This document shows, piece after piece, positions 1 to 12,531 of a stretch of DNA of 64,000 bases. The stretch comes from Hypanus sabinus (taxonomy: Eukaryota): positions 43,586,001-43,650,000 of the forward strand of contig NC_082716.1 of NCBI RefSeq assembly GCF_030144855.1, given 5' to 3'. Numbering within the stretch: the first letter of the stretch is position 1; every line of letters starts with the position of its first letter. A model generated the notes under the pieces. It ran no database searches, had not been told where the DNA came from, and saw nothing but the letters and a program-made list of their open reading frames with translations. Made by a program: the position numbers and the translations under genes.

Positions 1-388
1 TAGCCAGAGGGTGATGAATCTGTGGAATTCATTGCCACAGGTGGCTGTGGAGACCATGTCTTTATGTATATTTAGGGCAGAGGTTGATAGATTACTGATC
101 GGTCAGGGTAAGTGGGGAAGGGTATGAGGCTGAGAGGAAAATTGAATCAACCGTGATGAAATGGCTGAGCAGACTCAATGGGCCACATGACCTAATTCTG
201 CTTCTTTTTTCTTCTGGTAGAAGGCATTATTACCCTCTGTTGCTGAGTGTATTCACAGTCTGGGAGTTTGGCTGTCCTGACTTACACTCTCTATATTGTG
301 TTGTGGTGGGTCTGGATTTGCTGTTGTTTTTTCTTGTGTTGTGGGGCTTGGGGAGGACACTAAGCTTACATATTGTCTTATGGTCTAA
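1..388 (+). mobile_element. CR1-like LINE 3' end, interrupted at about 205-369 by an L1 3' UTR fragment
   Basis: tgaatctgtggaattc...ctaattctgct...tgtcttatggtct matches the other CR1 3' ends in the window (e.g. 43330-43565). Confidence 0.8.
205..369 (+). repeat. Inverted copy of L1 3' UTR segment 732-896
   Basis: Reverse complement matches with about 3 differences over about 165 bp. Confidence 0.92.
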
Positions 389-933
389 ATTAGGAGGTAC
401 AGTTGGTACTAAGTAGAATGTAGAACATTACAGCAAGTCATTCAACCCACTAGGTTCTGCTGTCCTTGTAACCTACTCCTAGATCAATATACCACATCCC
501 TCCTACGTAAACCTCTGTTTTTCTATCATCCATGTGACTAAGAATTTCTTAAATGCCATTAATATATCTTTTTTTTAAAATTTTTTTTATTAGTTTTTCG
601 AAACATTTTACAAATTAAAAACCCCAAATCCCAATGAGGAACATTAAAACAGTGCAAAATTAAGCATACAATAACAATATGCTACAAAGGAAGAGAATTT
701 AGCAAAAAAAAAGCACCTGAATTAAAGACAAGTAAGCTTAGTGTCCTCCCCAAGCCCCACAACACAAGAAAAAAACAACAGCAACTCCAGACCCACCACA
801 ACACAATATAGAGAGTGTAAGTCAGGACAGCCAAACTCCCAGACTGTGAATACACTCAGCAACAGAGGGTAATAATGCCTTCTACCAGAAAAAAAAGGAG
901 CTGAAAGCAAGGGACCGAAAAGAGAAAAAAACC

Positions 934-3900
934 CTAGTCAAGAGGAAGGTTATGAAAGTACTCGATAAAAGGTCCCCAGACCTTATGGAACTTTAGATCC
1001 GAATTGAGAACTGAATAATGAATTTTTTCGAGGTCCAAACAGGCCATGATGTCGTTAAGCCATTGAGCATGGGTGGGCGGGGCAACATCTCTCCATCTGA
1101 GGAGGATCAAGCGTCTAGCCAGGAGAGAGGCAAAGGATAATATTCGGCATTTGGTCAGACCCAGACATAAATGTGTCTCGCCCCAAAAACCGAACAGAGC
1201 AATTAAGGGGTTTGGTTCTAGGTGTTGATTCAGAATACACGATAACGTAGTGAAGACATCTTTCCAGAATTTCTCCAAGCTAGGACAGAACCAGTACATA
1301 TGGATGAGAGAGGCCACGCCCCTCTTGCATTTATCACAGAGTGGACTAACGCTAGGGTAGAATCGAGATAGTTTAGATTTAGACAAATGGGCTCTATGAA
1401 CAATCTTAAACTGTAAAAGGCAGTGGCGAGCACAAAGAGAGGTTGAGTTAACTGATTTGAGAACTGAATCCCAGCTCTCCTCAGATAAGGAGATATTTAA
1501 ATCCTGCTCCCAGGCCATTTTGATTTTATCCATGGGGGCCCGTCGTAAGGCTGCTAGTTTATCTCGGATGATTGATATTAAGCCTTTACATAGTGGATTC
1601 ATGGAAAGAAATAGGTCCATAGCATTTTTTGCAGGCATTTCAGGAAAGTTAGGAATTAAAGGAGCAATAAAGTGTCAGATTTGGAGATATCTGAAAAAAT
1701 GAGCATTGGGCAGATTGAACTTAACAGAGAGCTGCTGAAAAGAAGCGAAGCGATTATCAATGAAAAGATCTTCAAAATGTCTAATGCCCTTCCTATACCA
1801 AATCTGGAATGCTGAATCATATGTAGTAGGTAAAAAAAGGTGATTATGAGCAATAGGGCTGGAAACGGAAAACCCCTGGAAACCATAGCATTTCCTGATC
1901 TGAGCCCATATACGCAAAGTGTGTCTAACAAGAGGATTAGCTATTGATCTGGGCAGACTACTAGGGAGTGCAGAGCCAAGAAGTGCAGAGATAGATAATT
2001 CTTTAGTGGAGCTCAGCTCCATTGCCACCCAGTTAGGGCATTTGGTTTGGCCATGGAAGAAAGACCAGAAGGTAGCACAACGTATATTAGCTGCCCAATA
2101 ATATAAACGAAAGTTAGGTAAAGCCATGCCACCCTCTTTTTTTAGATTTTTGGAGATGGATTTTATTAATTCTAGAGCGCTTATTCTGCCACAGATATGA
2201 CAAAATAATAGAGTCTAAGGAATCAAAAAAAGATTTAGGAATAAAAATTGGGATAGATTGAAATAGGTATAAAAATTTGGGGAGAACATACATTTTAACA
2301 ACATTAATACGACCTACCAAAGACATAGATAGAGGTGACCATTGAACCAGACTCTGTTTTATAGCATATGAAAGATTGGCAAAGTTTTCACGAAAGAGAT
2401 CTTTAAACTTCCTTGTGACTGTAATTCCAAGATAAGTAAATTGATTATGGACTACTTTAAAAGGGAGATCATGAAATGTTAGTTCTTGTGCTTCTTTATT
2501 AATTGGGAGAAGTTCACTCTTATGTAAATTAAGTTTATAGCCAGAGATCTGGCTAAACTGGTCAAGAAGTGAAAACATTAGAGATAAGGATGTAGACGGA
2601 TTTGAGAGAAAGAGTAATAAGTCATCAGCATAGAGAGAAACTTTATGCTCAACACCCCCTCTCCAAATCCCAGTCAATTCAGGGCAGTTTCGAAATGCTA
2701 TCGCCAGAGGTTCCATAGCCAAATCAAAGAGAAAGGGACTTAAGGGGCATCCCTGGCGGGTGCCACGTTTGAGATTAAGTACTTGGGATTTCTGAAAATT
2801 GGTTAAAACAGAGGCAGTAGGACACAGGTACAACAATTGGATCCAAGAGATGAAACTTTGGCCAAGGTCAAATTTTTCTAAAACTGCAAAAAGGTAGTTC
2901 CACTCTATACGATCAAATGCTTTCTCCGCATCGAGGGAAATAACACATTCAGGAATCCCAGTTGGAGGTGAGTATAAGATATTAAATAAACGCCGAATGT
3001 TAAAAAAAGGGAAACGGTTTTTAATAAAGCCTGTTTGGTCATCAGAGATAATGGAGGGAATGACGGTTTCTAATCTATGTGCCAAAACTTTAGCTAAGAT
3101 CTTTACATCAACATTGAGCAGAGAGATCGGCCTATACGAGGAACACTCTGTTGGGTCTTTGCCCTTTTTTAAAAGAAGAATAATAGATGCCTCACTGAAA
3201 GAGGGTGGCAATTTGCCGTAATTAAACGAGTCAGATAATACTGAAAGTAACTGAGGAGGAGAATGATTTATAAAATTCTACAGGGAACCCATCAGGTCCA
3301 GGAGATTTCCCTGAGGACAGTGCAGAAATTGCAGTAGATATTTCTTCTAATGACATAGGCGCATTGAGTTTGGCTTTGAAATCAGATGAAAGTGAGGGGA
3401 TATTCAGATTCTGTAAAAATTGATCAACAGAGATATTGTCATTCAGAGATTCAGAGGAATAAAGCCGAGAATAAAAATTTTAAAATGCGTCATTAATTTC
3501 TAAATGATCCGATGTAAAGTCTCCGTTCTCCTTCCGGATCTTTGTAATATGTTGTTTGGCTTTGGAACGCCTCAGTTGATTGGCTAGGAATTTACCAGAC
3601 TTACCCCCATGAATGTAAAAGCGACTCTTGCTTTCGAGAAGTTGGTGTTCGACAGGTTGAGTGGACAGAAGGTTAAATTTAGTTTGGAGTTCAACACGCA
3701 TCTTGTATAATTCAGAGTTCTTATTTTGGGCATATATTTGATCCAATTCTTTAATCTGGTTAATGAGGTCTAATCAATCTGCACGGGATCTTCTGTTGAG
3801 ATTTGCTGTGTAAGAGATTATTTGCCCCCTCAGATATGCTTTCATGGCATCCCAGACAATCTGGGATGGCACTTCAGGTGATGTATTAGTGTTAAAATAA

Positions 3901-4700
3901 AAGGTTATCTGATCCTTAATAAATTTTTAAAAATCATCATTTGATAGTAAAGTTGAATCAAACCGCCAGTGTTTATTCCTCTGAGGGAGACCAGGCAAAT
4001 TCAGAGAGAGAGTAATTGGGGCATGGTCAGAGATCAGTATAGTCACAAGAATGGGCAAATGGAATAAGTTGGTTATCGAGTAAGAAATAATCAATTCTAG
4101 TGAAGGTATGGTGAACATGTGAGAAAAAAGAATAATCTCTCTCCGTAGGATGGAGGAAACTCCATATATCAGAGATACCATAATTAGAGAGAAACGATTG
4201 GATAGCTAAGGCAGATTTAGTAGGTGGTCTAGTAACAGAGGACGATCAATCCAAATTGGCATCTAACCAACAATTAAAGTCACCACCCAGTATAAGAGAG
4301 TATGAGTTTAAGTCTGGTAGTGAGGAAAAAAACCGTTCAAAAAAATTAACATCATCAAAGTTGGGGGCATACAGGTTTGCTAGTGCAACTTTAGTGTTAT
4401 ATAGTTTGCCAGAAACAATAATAAAACGGCCATTTATATCAGATATTTTATTATGTTCAAAAGGAATATTTGAGTTAATAAGAATGGAGACTCCCCAGCT
4501 TTAGTGGAAAAGGATGAATGAAAATGCTGACCCGTCCACTTTGACAAAAGCCGGGAGTTATCAGAGCAACGAATATGAGTTTCTTGAAGGAAAGCAATGT
4601 CAGCTTTGAGTTGTTTGATATGTGCGAATACCTTCCTCCTTTTAACAGGGTGATTCAATCCCTTTACATTCCAGCTCACGAATTTAAGTGCACTAGCCAT
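934..4700 (-). pseudogene. L1 ORF2p (APE endonuclease, RT, C-terminal Zn knuckle), broken by several frameshifts
   Basis: SWNVKGLN and FLQETH, ISDHAP, GTRQGCPLSP, LYADD, CDKC...HMYWFC spread over separate ORF pieces. Confidence 0.93.
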
Positions 4701-5565
4701 TATCGATTACTAATGCATAAAAGGCAGAAGGCATATAAAAAGTCAAGCAGTACAATAGCAGTCTGGGAGCAGAGATGTAAACATAGATTCGTAAAATCAA
4801 CACATATACATGTCCTGAGCAATAAAGAGATATAATATATACAGTGAGTGATGTTGGAACTAGAAAACCCACCCCATCCACACAACCCAAAACTAGATGG
4901 CTACCAAAACAAGTAGCTAGCTCTAGCAAAAAAATTAACCCAAATACAACTTCCAGATCTGTGTCATTAACAGCAGTTCTGTATAAATACTATAATAAAT
5001 AGTAACTAGTTTATGCACTAAACATAACTACAGATTAGAACACCTTCTGCAGGAATATAAAACTTAATACAGAAAAAATCGGAAGACCAAAACTAACCTG
5101 CCAGCGAAAAAATTATAGAAGAATAAAGTAAGAGAAAGGGAAAAAAAAGGGATAAAAAAAAGGAGAGGAAGGGGAAAATTATAAATTCAAGACGAGTATT
5201 TATCAACCATTTACAGAGAAGAGAGAAAAAAATTCAGAAATTAGAAAAAAGGGGTGAAGAAAAGAAAAAAGTATAATAAAATAAATAAATATAAAAAGAA
5301 GGGAAAATAGATCGGCAATTAAACTGTGAACCAACAAACAGGAAGGCCTTCACTGAAGACTTCAAACCTTCAAAACAAGTTAAAGTCAATTGTAGAACTC
5401 TGTAGATAAAGTTGTACAACAATAAAAGATAGATTTCACACACACCAAATCCAGGGAGAGATTGTCAACAGCCCTTAGAGTTTCGATGAATAATGTCTGA
5501 ATGATTCAAGTAAAATCTGAGTCCAGAAAAAGTAATTTTACTACGAGAAGTACTTATCCACCATT

Positions 5566-6381
5566 TTAGGAGGTCTGATTGGGTTCCGAAGAAGGCTGGA
5601 TGGCCGGAAGACTTGCCACAAATGCTTCAGCTTCCTTGGCTGACTTAAACCATTTATATTTCCCAGTGTTAATTTTGATTCGTAGATCAGCAGGGGAACG
5701 AAGCGAAGGTTTAAAACCACGATCAAAAAGCACTTTCATTGCGCCTTTAAACTCAGCGCGCATCTTTAAGGTCTGGGGTGCAAAATCTTCCACAAATCGA
5801 ATGGTTGTATCCTGGAAAATAAAAGAACCTCTGCGATGTGCCTCTACGATCAGACGGTGTTTTACCTGGTATTGATGGAAGCACAAGATTACTGGTCGCG
5901 GGCGGTTGCCCAGAATTCCAGCGGGAACGTGGACCCAGTGTGCCCGTTCGAGCTCAGGTGGGTTTGGGAGCAAATCTTTCCCGAATATCTCACAGAGAAA
6001 CTCGGCGAAAAACTTCACTTTTGATCCCTGTTCGGTGGCCTCTGGCAATCCAAGAATTCTAAGATTGCAGTGTCTGCTGCGATTTTCGAGATCCACCGTT
6101 TTGAAAAGGAGTTTGTTACACTTTTCCTCCAAGCTGGAACAGAGAGTCTCCAAGTATCGAACACGACTTTCTAAATCTTCAGAAGTCGAATCGATGCGAG
6201 ATAAGTGTTGGGCATGTTTGCCCACCTTGTTGATGATTTGATCAATCTTGACCTCCAACTGTTTGAAAGCGGTTTCGAATTCCTTTAAAATTTCGTCTCG
6301 GAGCTGACCGAGCGCAGCCAGGGTCTCGTCTGAGAGAGCCGGAGCTTCCTTTCTCCCGGATTTAGAGCTGTTGCTAGACAT
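5566..6381 (-). CDS. L1 ORF1p, 271 aa, apparently intact
   Basis: Coiled-coil N-half followed by DLENRSRHCNLRILGLPE and PRPVIL motifs. Confidence 0.9.
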   Translation of the reverse strand: MSSNSSKSGRKEAPALSDETLAALGQLRDEILKEFETAFKQLEVKIDQIINKVGKHAQHLSRIDSTSEDLESRVRYLETLCSSLEEKCNKLLFKTVDLENRSRHCNLRILGLPEATEQGSKVKFFAEFLCEIFGKDLLPNPPELERAHWVHVPAGILGNRPRPVILCFHQYQVKHRLIVEAHRRGSFIFQDTTIRFVEDFAPQTLKMRAEFKGAMKVLFDRGFKPSLRSPADLRIKINTGKYKWFKSAKEAEAFVASLPAIQPSSEPNQTS

Positions 6382-6511
6382 TGTAAGTTAGAGGTGTTCA
6401 CAGGCAAGTAAGAAGTATCGAAAAAGTTCCCGACTAAGGTTTAAAAAATGGAGACATTTAGTGCAAAGATAGCGACAGTAACGGAACAAAAGTTCGGAGC
6501 AGCTAAGCAAT

Positions 6512-6530
6512 CGCCATCTTACCGGAAGTC
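6512..6530 (-). promoter_or_regulatory. L1 5' terminus with ETS (CCGGAAGT) and YY1 (AAGATGGCG) motifs
   Basis: Element starts GACTTCCGGTAAGATGGCG immediately inside the TSD. Confidence 0.7.
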
Positions 6531-7475
6531 AAATGCCGCTAATATATCTGCTGTAAAATTATGCACCCCCTCACATTAGCCATTTCCAGCTGAGGAAAGG
6601 GTGCATGGCTATCCATTCTATCTAAGCCATCTTTTCATTTTGGAGACCTCTATCAGGTCACCTCACATCCTCCTTTACTCCAAAGAGAAAAGCGCTAGCT
6701 CGCTCAACTACCTTTGTAAGATACGTGCTCTCATCCAAGCACCATCCTATTAAATCTCCTTTGCACCCCCTCTAAAGCTTCCGCATCCTTCCTATAATAA
6801 GGCGACTAGAGCTGAACACAAATTTCAAGAGTGGTCTAACCAGGGTTTTATGGAGCTGCAACATTACTTTGCAGCTCTTGAGCTGAATTCCCCTGCTAAT
6901 GAAGGCCAACACACCAAACGCCCCAGGAATGACCCTGTTAACTTGCGTGACAGCTTTGAGAGGTCTATGGATGTGGACCCCAAGTAAAATTTATAAAGTT
7001 AATGATGAAACTTCGGTCTCCTTCAACTAGCATTTCAACTTTCCCAAGCTATTGGTCAATAGCTTGTTTGTATGTACTGCATGAAGAAATAGTTGTCATC
7101 TTAGCATCATTTTTCCATTTTCATACATTCACAGAATTAACAAAAAACTGAGAATAAAGTCATTGAGTTTTAGAATGAAAAAACTGGTTTTCTGTTGAGC
7201 CTTCATATTTTTGGCTAGTTAGTGTCAAAATTGTTGGAATACTACAGTGCTTGATTTCTATCCTACAGTGAACTTTGAAGTCAAAGCCCTCTTGTTAAAT
7301 TTTGACGTGTATTTTCAGTCTCGAGCTTCAACAGTTTACGTTATAAGTATTTTTGAGTATGGGTCATGAACTGCACAAATAACAGGATAAACTCTGGATA
7401 TGCAGCAGAAGATTGTGAGTTGTTTGGTTTTCATGGATTTTACCACTTTGAAGTCAGTCCACTTCAAGCGCAAGG

Positions 7476-8624
7476 ACTGTGAGGGTCATGTTTTTTGACT
7501 TCTCCAGTGCGTTCAAGACCATCCGCCCTGCTCTGCTGGGTGAGAAGTTGACAATGATGCAGGTGGATGCTTCCCTGGTGTCATGGATTATTGATTACCT
7601 GACTGGCAGACCACAGCACGTGCGCTTGCAACACTTGTGTGTCAGACAGAGTGGTTAGCAGCACTGGGGCTCCACAGGGGACTGTCCTGTCTCCCTTTTT
7701 CTTCACCATCTACACCTCAGACTTCAACTACAACACAGAGTCTTGCCATCTTCAGAAGTTTTCTGATGACTCTGCCATAGTTGGATGCATCAGCAAGGGA
7801 GATGAGGCTGAGTACAGGGCTACGGTGGGAAACTTTGTCACATGGTGCGAACAGACTCATCTGCAGCTTAATGTGAAAAAGTCTAAGGAGCTGGTGGTGG
7901 ACCTGAGGAGGGCTAAGGCACCGGTGACCCCTGTTTCCATCCAAGGGGTCAGTGTGGACATAGTGGAGGATTACAAATACCTGGGGATACAAATGGACAA
8001 TAAACGACTGGTCAAAGAACACTGAGGCTGTCTACAAGAAGGGTCAGAGCCGTCTCTATTTCCTGAGGAGACTGAGGTCCTTTAACATTTGCCGGACAAT
8101 GCTGAGGATGTTCTACGAGGCTGTGGTGGCCAGTGCTATCATGTTTGCTGTTGTGTGCTGGGGCAGCAGGCTGAGAGTAGCAGACACCAACAGAATCAAC
8201 AAACTCATTCGTAAGGTCAGTGATGTTGTGGGTGTGGAACTGGACTCTCTGATGGTGGTGTCTGAAAAGAGGATGCTATCCAAGTTGCATGCCATCTTGG
8301 ACAATGACTCCCATCCCCTCCATAATGTACTGGTTAGGCACAGGAGTACATTCATCCAGAGACTCATTCCACCGAGATGTAACACAGCGTCATAGGAAGT
8401 CATTCCTACCTGTGGCCATCAAACTTTACAACTCCTCCCTCGGAGTATCAGACACCCTGAGCCAATAGGCTGGTCCTGGACTTATTTCCACTTGGCATGA
8501 TTAACTTAATATTATTTAATTATTTATGGTTTTATATTGCTATATTTCTACACTATTCTTGGTTGGCACAGCTATAATGAAACCCAATTTCCCTCGGGAT
8601 CAATAAAGTATGTCTGTCTGTCTG
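7476..8624 (+). mobile_element. Rex1/Babar-type LINE, 5'-truncated
   Basis: GAPQGTVLSP, KFSDDSA, KELVVD; ends aataaagta(tgtc)n. Confidence 0.85.
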
Positions 8625-8869
8625 CACTGCCACAGAACCATAGACTCATTGCAGCATGGATGGAGTCTATTCAACCCATTAGATTACCCCAGCTTTCTTT
8701 GGAGTTCCAGTGCCACATACCTATAGCATTACAAATGATAACCACTCTCATTGATTTAAACAATAGGTTTTCCTCTTCTGAATCATTCTTTTTCCTGTCA
8801 CTTTAAATCTGTGTTCCCGTCCCCATGATACATCCATTCAGCAGATTAAGCAAATGGACAGTAACTTTG

Positions 8870-9320
8870 CTAATGCAATATGGCACAGATGTGTGAAGTT
8901 ATTTGCTTTGGTAGTAAAGTCGAAGGCAGCATATAATTTAAATGGTATTAGATTGGGAAGTGTTAATGTAAAAGGAATTGGTGTTCGTGTATACCAGTGA
9001 AAGAAAGCAATCTGCAGGTGAAGCAAGCAATTAAGAAGCCAAATTGTAAACTGACCTTCATATCAAGAGGTTTTGAATACTAGACTAATGAGGTATACAG
9101 GGCCTTGGTGAGACCGCACCTTGAAATATGGCTCTCTTCTTTCCTGAGAAAGGATCTACTTAACAGTGTAGTGGAGATTTGCCACACTGATATCTAAGAT
9201 GATAGGACTGTCACATGAGGAAAGATTAGGTTAACTAAGTTTCTATTTACCAGAATTCAAAGAATGATACCTCTATTAAAATTAACAACATTCTGGAAGG
9301 GCTAGAGAGCTAGATGATCA
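8870..9320 (+). mobile_element. Old degenerate CR1 fragment
   Basis: ggccttggtgagaccgcaccttgaaat (ALVRPHLE-like). Confidence 0.55.
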
Positions 9321-9523
9321 TATTGGAGAGAAGGGATAACCATGAATGGGTGGAAAAATGAGGGAAGTTGTGACAATTGACCTAAGGAGGTTGGGCAGAA
9401 AATGCTGCAAATGACGTAAACATATTAGCGTTCTGTTTGCTGTAAAAATCTTAATAATATCTAATGAGTTGTTCCAAAGAAATTCTTAACTACAGCAGGT
9501 ACAGATTATTTCTGTGATTCTAG

Positions 9524-9654
9524 GCCCACCACCAGCACCCAAAGACATACTGGAAGCTCTACAGCAAAGAATGGAGAGATACAAAACAGCAGCATCTCAG
9601 GCGAAAGCTACTGGAAATGATCGTAAGGCAAGGATGCATGAGAGAATAGCAAAG
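9524..9654 (+). CDS. CC2D1B: CC2D1B exon (DM14 repeat): PPPAPKDILEALQQRMERYKTAASQAKATGNDRKARMHERIAK
   Basis: ttctag acceptor, AAG|gtatgt donor; RKARMHERIAK motif. Confidence 0.95.
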
Positions 9655-10374
9655 GTATGTTAATACTGAGCCATTTTTTTCAGGGTTTTTTTTCAATCCC
9701 CTTTTTAAAGATGTTTATTTCTTGCTTAACATGTGGTTCATGTATGTTTTAATGAGCTGTTCCATTTCATTTATAACCGTGAAATAAATGGACACTCATA
9801 GCTTTACACACTCAATGGCCATTTTATTTGTGACATGTGTAGAGGCTGTTAATAAAAGCATCTTTGTTATCTACTGTATATTCAGATCCTCTTATGGCTG
9901 ATTCAATTATCCCCTCATTGGGAAGGCGTTGCATAATATAAAAAATAACAATGTATCCTGCATTGCCTTGAATTGCAGATAGACACTTTTTTTCCCTTGA
10001 TGCTCAGTCCAAGTTCACATGCAGCTGGTTCAAGGTTCCAATCAAGGCTTGAATCTATCTGCTACGATCGTTTCCAAACTGACATTTGATATGTGGATCT
10101 TCACAGGAGATTGTAGTTTCTTCTATGGCCAGGAATTGGCAAACACAGCTTCTATTTGGTTTATACCAAATGGACCTTGACTGTACACTGGTGGAGATTT
10201 ATGTTCACTGATATGGAGGAAACCATGATTCTTACCTGACCTTGCAATGTAAGATTTCAAATCTAGAGCAATGTGCTTAACTTGTAAAAGTCCTCTCAAA
10301 GCCATTCAGTTGCATTAGGATGCTATGTCAAAATCCTACACACATGAAAAGAGACTTAACTAGACACTAACATT

Positions 10375-11315
10375 GTGGACACAAGAGATTCTGCAGGTGT
10401 TGAAAAACCTGAGTAACACATGCAAAATGCTGGCGAAACTCAGTAAGTCAGGCAGCATCTATAGAAAGGAATAAACAGTCAACGTTTTGGGCCAAGACCG
10501 TTCATTAGGACGGGACGGGAAGGGAAGGGGGAAGAATCCACATTAAGAAGGTGATTGGTTGGGGGGATAGGGGGAAGGAAGAGGAAGGAGTAAAAGCTAG
10601 AAGGTGAGAGGTGAAACCAGGTGAATGGAGAAGGTTGGGGCGGGATGAAGTGAGAAGCTGGGAGCAGAAAGCTGGAAAAGGTAAAGACATTCTTCCTTCC
10701 CCAGTAATCTCCTTATCTCCTTCCTGGCATTTATCCCTCTGAGCAGAAGAAGTGCAGCACCTGCCCATTCACCTCCTCCCTCAACTCCATTCAGGACCCC
10801 AAACAGTCCTCCCAGGTGAGATGCATTTCATCTGCCAATTTGTTGGGGTAATCTAGTGCTTCCAATGCGGCCTCCTCTATGTTGATGAAACCTGATGTAG
10901 ATTGGGGGACAGCTTTGTTGAGTACCTTCATTCCATGGGCAACAAGCAGGTTTTCCCGGTGACCACCCACTTTAATTCCCAATCCTCATTCCCATTCTGA
11001 CATGTTGGTCAATGGTTTCCTCTTCTGCCATGATGAGGCCATACCCAAGTAGGAGGAACAACACCTCTTATTCTGTCCGGGTAGCATCCAACTAATGGCA
11101 TGAACATTGATTCCTATAACTTCCAGTTATTTTTACCCCTTCTCCTTCCCACTCCTTCCATTCCCCCCTTACCTATTCTTTTCTCCTAGCCTGCCTATCA
11201 CTTTCCCCCTTCTGTCCTTCCTTGCCTTTCTCCTATGGTCCACTCTCTTCTATCAGGTGTTTCTTCTTCTTCAGCCCTTTAACCTCTTCCTTCTATCACC
11301 TCCCAGCTTCTCATG
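10375..11315 (+). mobile_element. Penelope-like element remnant: inverted pLTR (10375-10686), decayed GIY-YIG endonuclease (about 10700-11125), pLTR start
   Basis: Manual translation gives CGLLYVDET*CRLGDSFVEYLHS, VTTHFNS, EEQHLLF, GMNID; 10651-10686 is roughly the reverse complement of 11277-11313. Confidence 0.75.
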
Positions 11316-12258
11316 GACTTTGTGGTGTACCTTCATGGTGATTGGCCAGTTGAATACTGCATTCTTAAAATGATTTGGTTAGAGCATTGAATATTTTGTT
11401 AGTGAGGCCCTGTTTCCTGGAATAAATTACAAGAGTGCATGAATTTAGCTCTAATTTCCTGGAGGTGATGTGATAAAGCCTACAATGCTGATGCAACTAT
11501 TAAGTCTATATAAAAAATAAATGACCAATTTGTGGGTCCTCTATTGCTAGTTTGTGGGTGACAGTTAATGTTATCTTTGTGAAGGTGACCAGAATGATGC
11601 CAGGTAACTTAAAATGAGATGTGCAAAGTTATTCAGTCTCCCTTTGTATTCTCAACTGGATAACCTGCCCCTTATACATAGCTTAGTCCAAAAGTTTTAA
11701 AAATAGGTTACGTAGCCATTGGGAAAATCTCATTCGGATACATGCATTTATAGCTCAAAAGTTAAAATGATGCAAATGGAGTAATTTTATATTTTAACAA
11801 TTCTATGTTTCATTAAATAGTTGTAAGGAAGAACTGTGATATTTGTGTCTACAATAATCAAAAAGATAATGATGACGTGAAAATAAAGTCAGCAAGCTTT
11901 TTCTTAGACTCTTTCAAGAATGTAAGGGAGTCATTAGAAATTTTCCCCAGTTAAGTTGCAGTGTTTGAGAACTAAGTACATTATGAAAGGGTTGCTAAGT
12001 GATAAGGCGCTATTTGACATGGAAAGTACCCTCTATCCCCCTCCCCCATTGCCCGACAAAAATCCAAGAGACCAGTTTTAACATTAAATATTTGAGAGTC
12101 CCATTCACAATGGCGTTTACTCTTTTGCAGATATGCCAATGAATATTCATGTATGCAGGAGCTATATTTACATAAATTAGTTTGAAATTGGTCAGTTGAA
12201 AATGTACATCAATTACACATCTCATCAAGTTGAAAATTTCTACCTTTTTATTATCCAG

Positions 12259-12331
12259 CAATACCAGGATGCCATCAGAGCACATAAGTCTGGAAGAAAA
12301 GTGGATTTTGGAGATCTTCCAGTACCTCCAG
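12259..12331 (+). CDS. CC2D1B: CC2D1B exon: QYQDAIRAHKSGRKVDFGDLPVPP(G); GC donor
   Basis: atccag acceptor; donor CAG|gcaagt; phase 1 matches the next exon. Confidence 0.93.
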
Positions 12332-12531
12332 GCAAGTATAGGGTATTCATTCCTTTGAGCAGAGCATTTGTACTACATGTAAATTACAAGAGTGTATAAT
12401 ATTAAGTGCATTTGAATGCCCGATGAAGTTTTAAATATAACAAAATGTTCCTTCATTTTAACTTATTTTTAAATCTATGTGTTTGCATGTACAGGAAATT
12501 ACTTGAATGGACTCTAATGGCAACAGAAATA

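Larger units (their letters stand above)
570..6530 (-). mobile_element. Full-length LINE-1 (about 5.96 kb), inserted into an older minus-strand CR1 fragment (413-569 and 6531-6983)
   Basis: Poly(T) at about 570-590; TSD AAATGCCATTAATATATCT (551-569) vs AAATGCCGCTAATATATCT (6531-6549), 17/19; ORF1 plus EN/RT/Zn-knuckle ORF2. Confidence 0.95.

Noticed and set aside
153-910. Two paralogous small hydrophobic ORFs (153..416 and 722..910)
   Set aside because: Both are translations of the same L1 3' UTR sequence present as an inverted repeat
934-3211. Stand-alone or domesticated reverse transcriptase gene
   Set aside because: Collinear frameshifted pieces of L1 ORF2 inside a TSD-bounded element
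5579-6241. Antisense ORFs over L1 ORF1 (ORF0-like)
   Set aside because: Shadow frames of a GC-richer coding region with no independent support
12196-12399. ORF-track entries spanning exons (also 16432, 29773, 35739, 48941, 58864) as single-exon genes
   Set aside because: Each is a true exon plus intronic read-through
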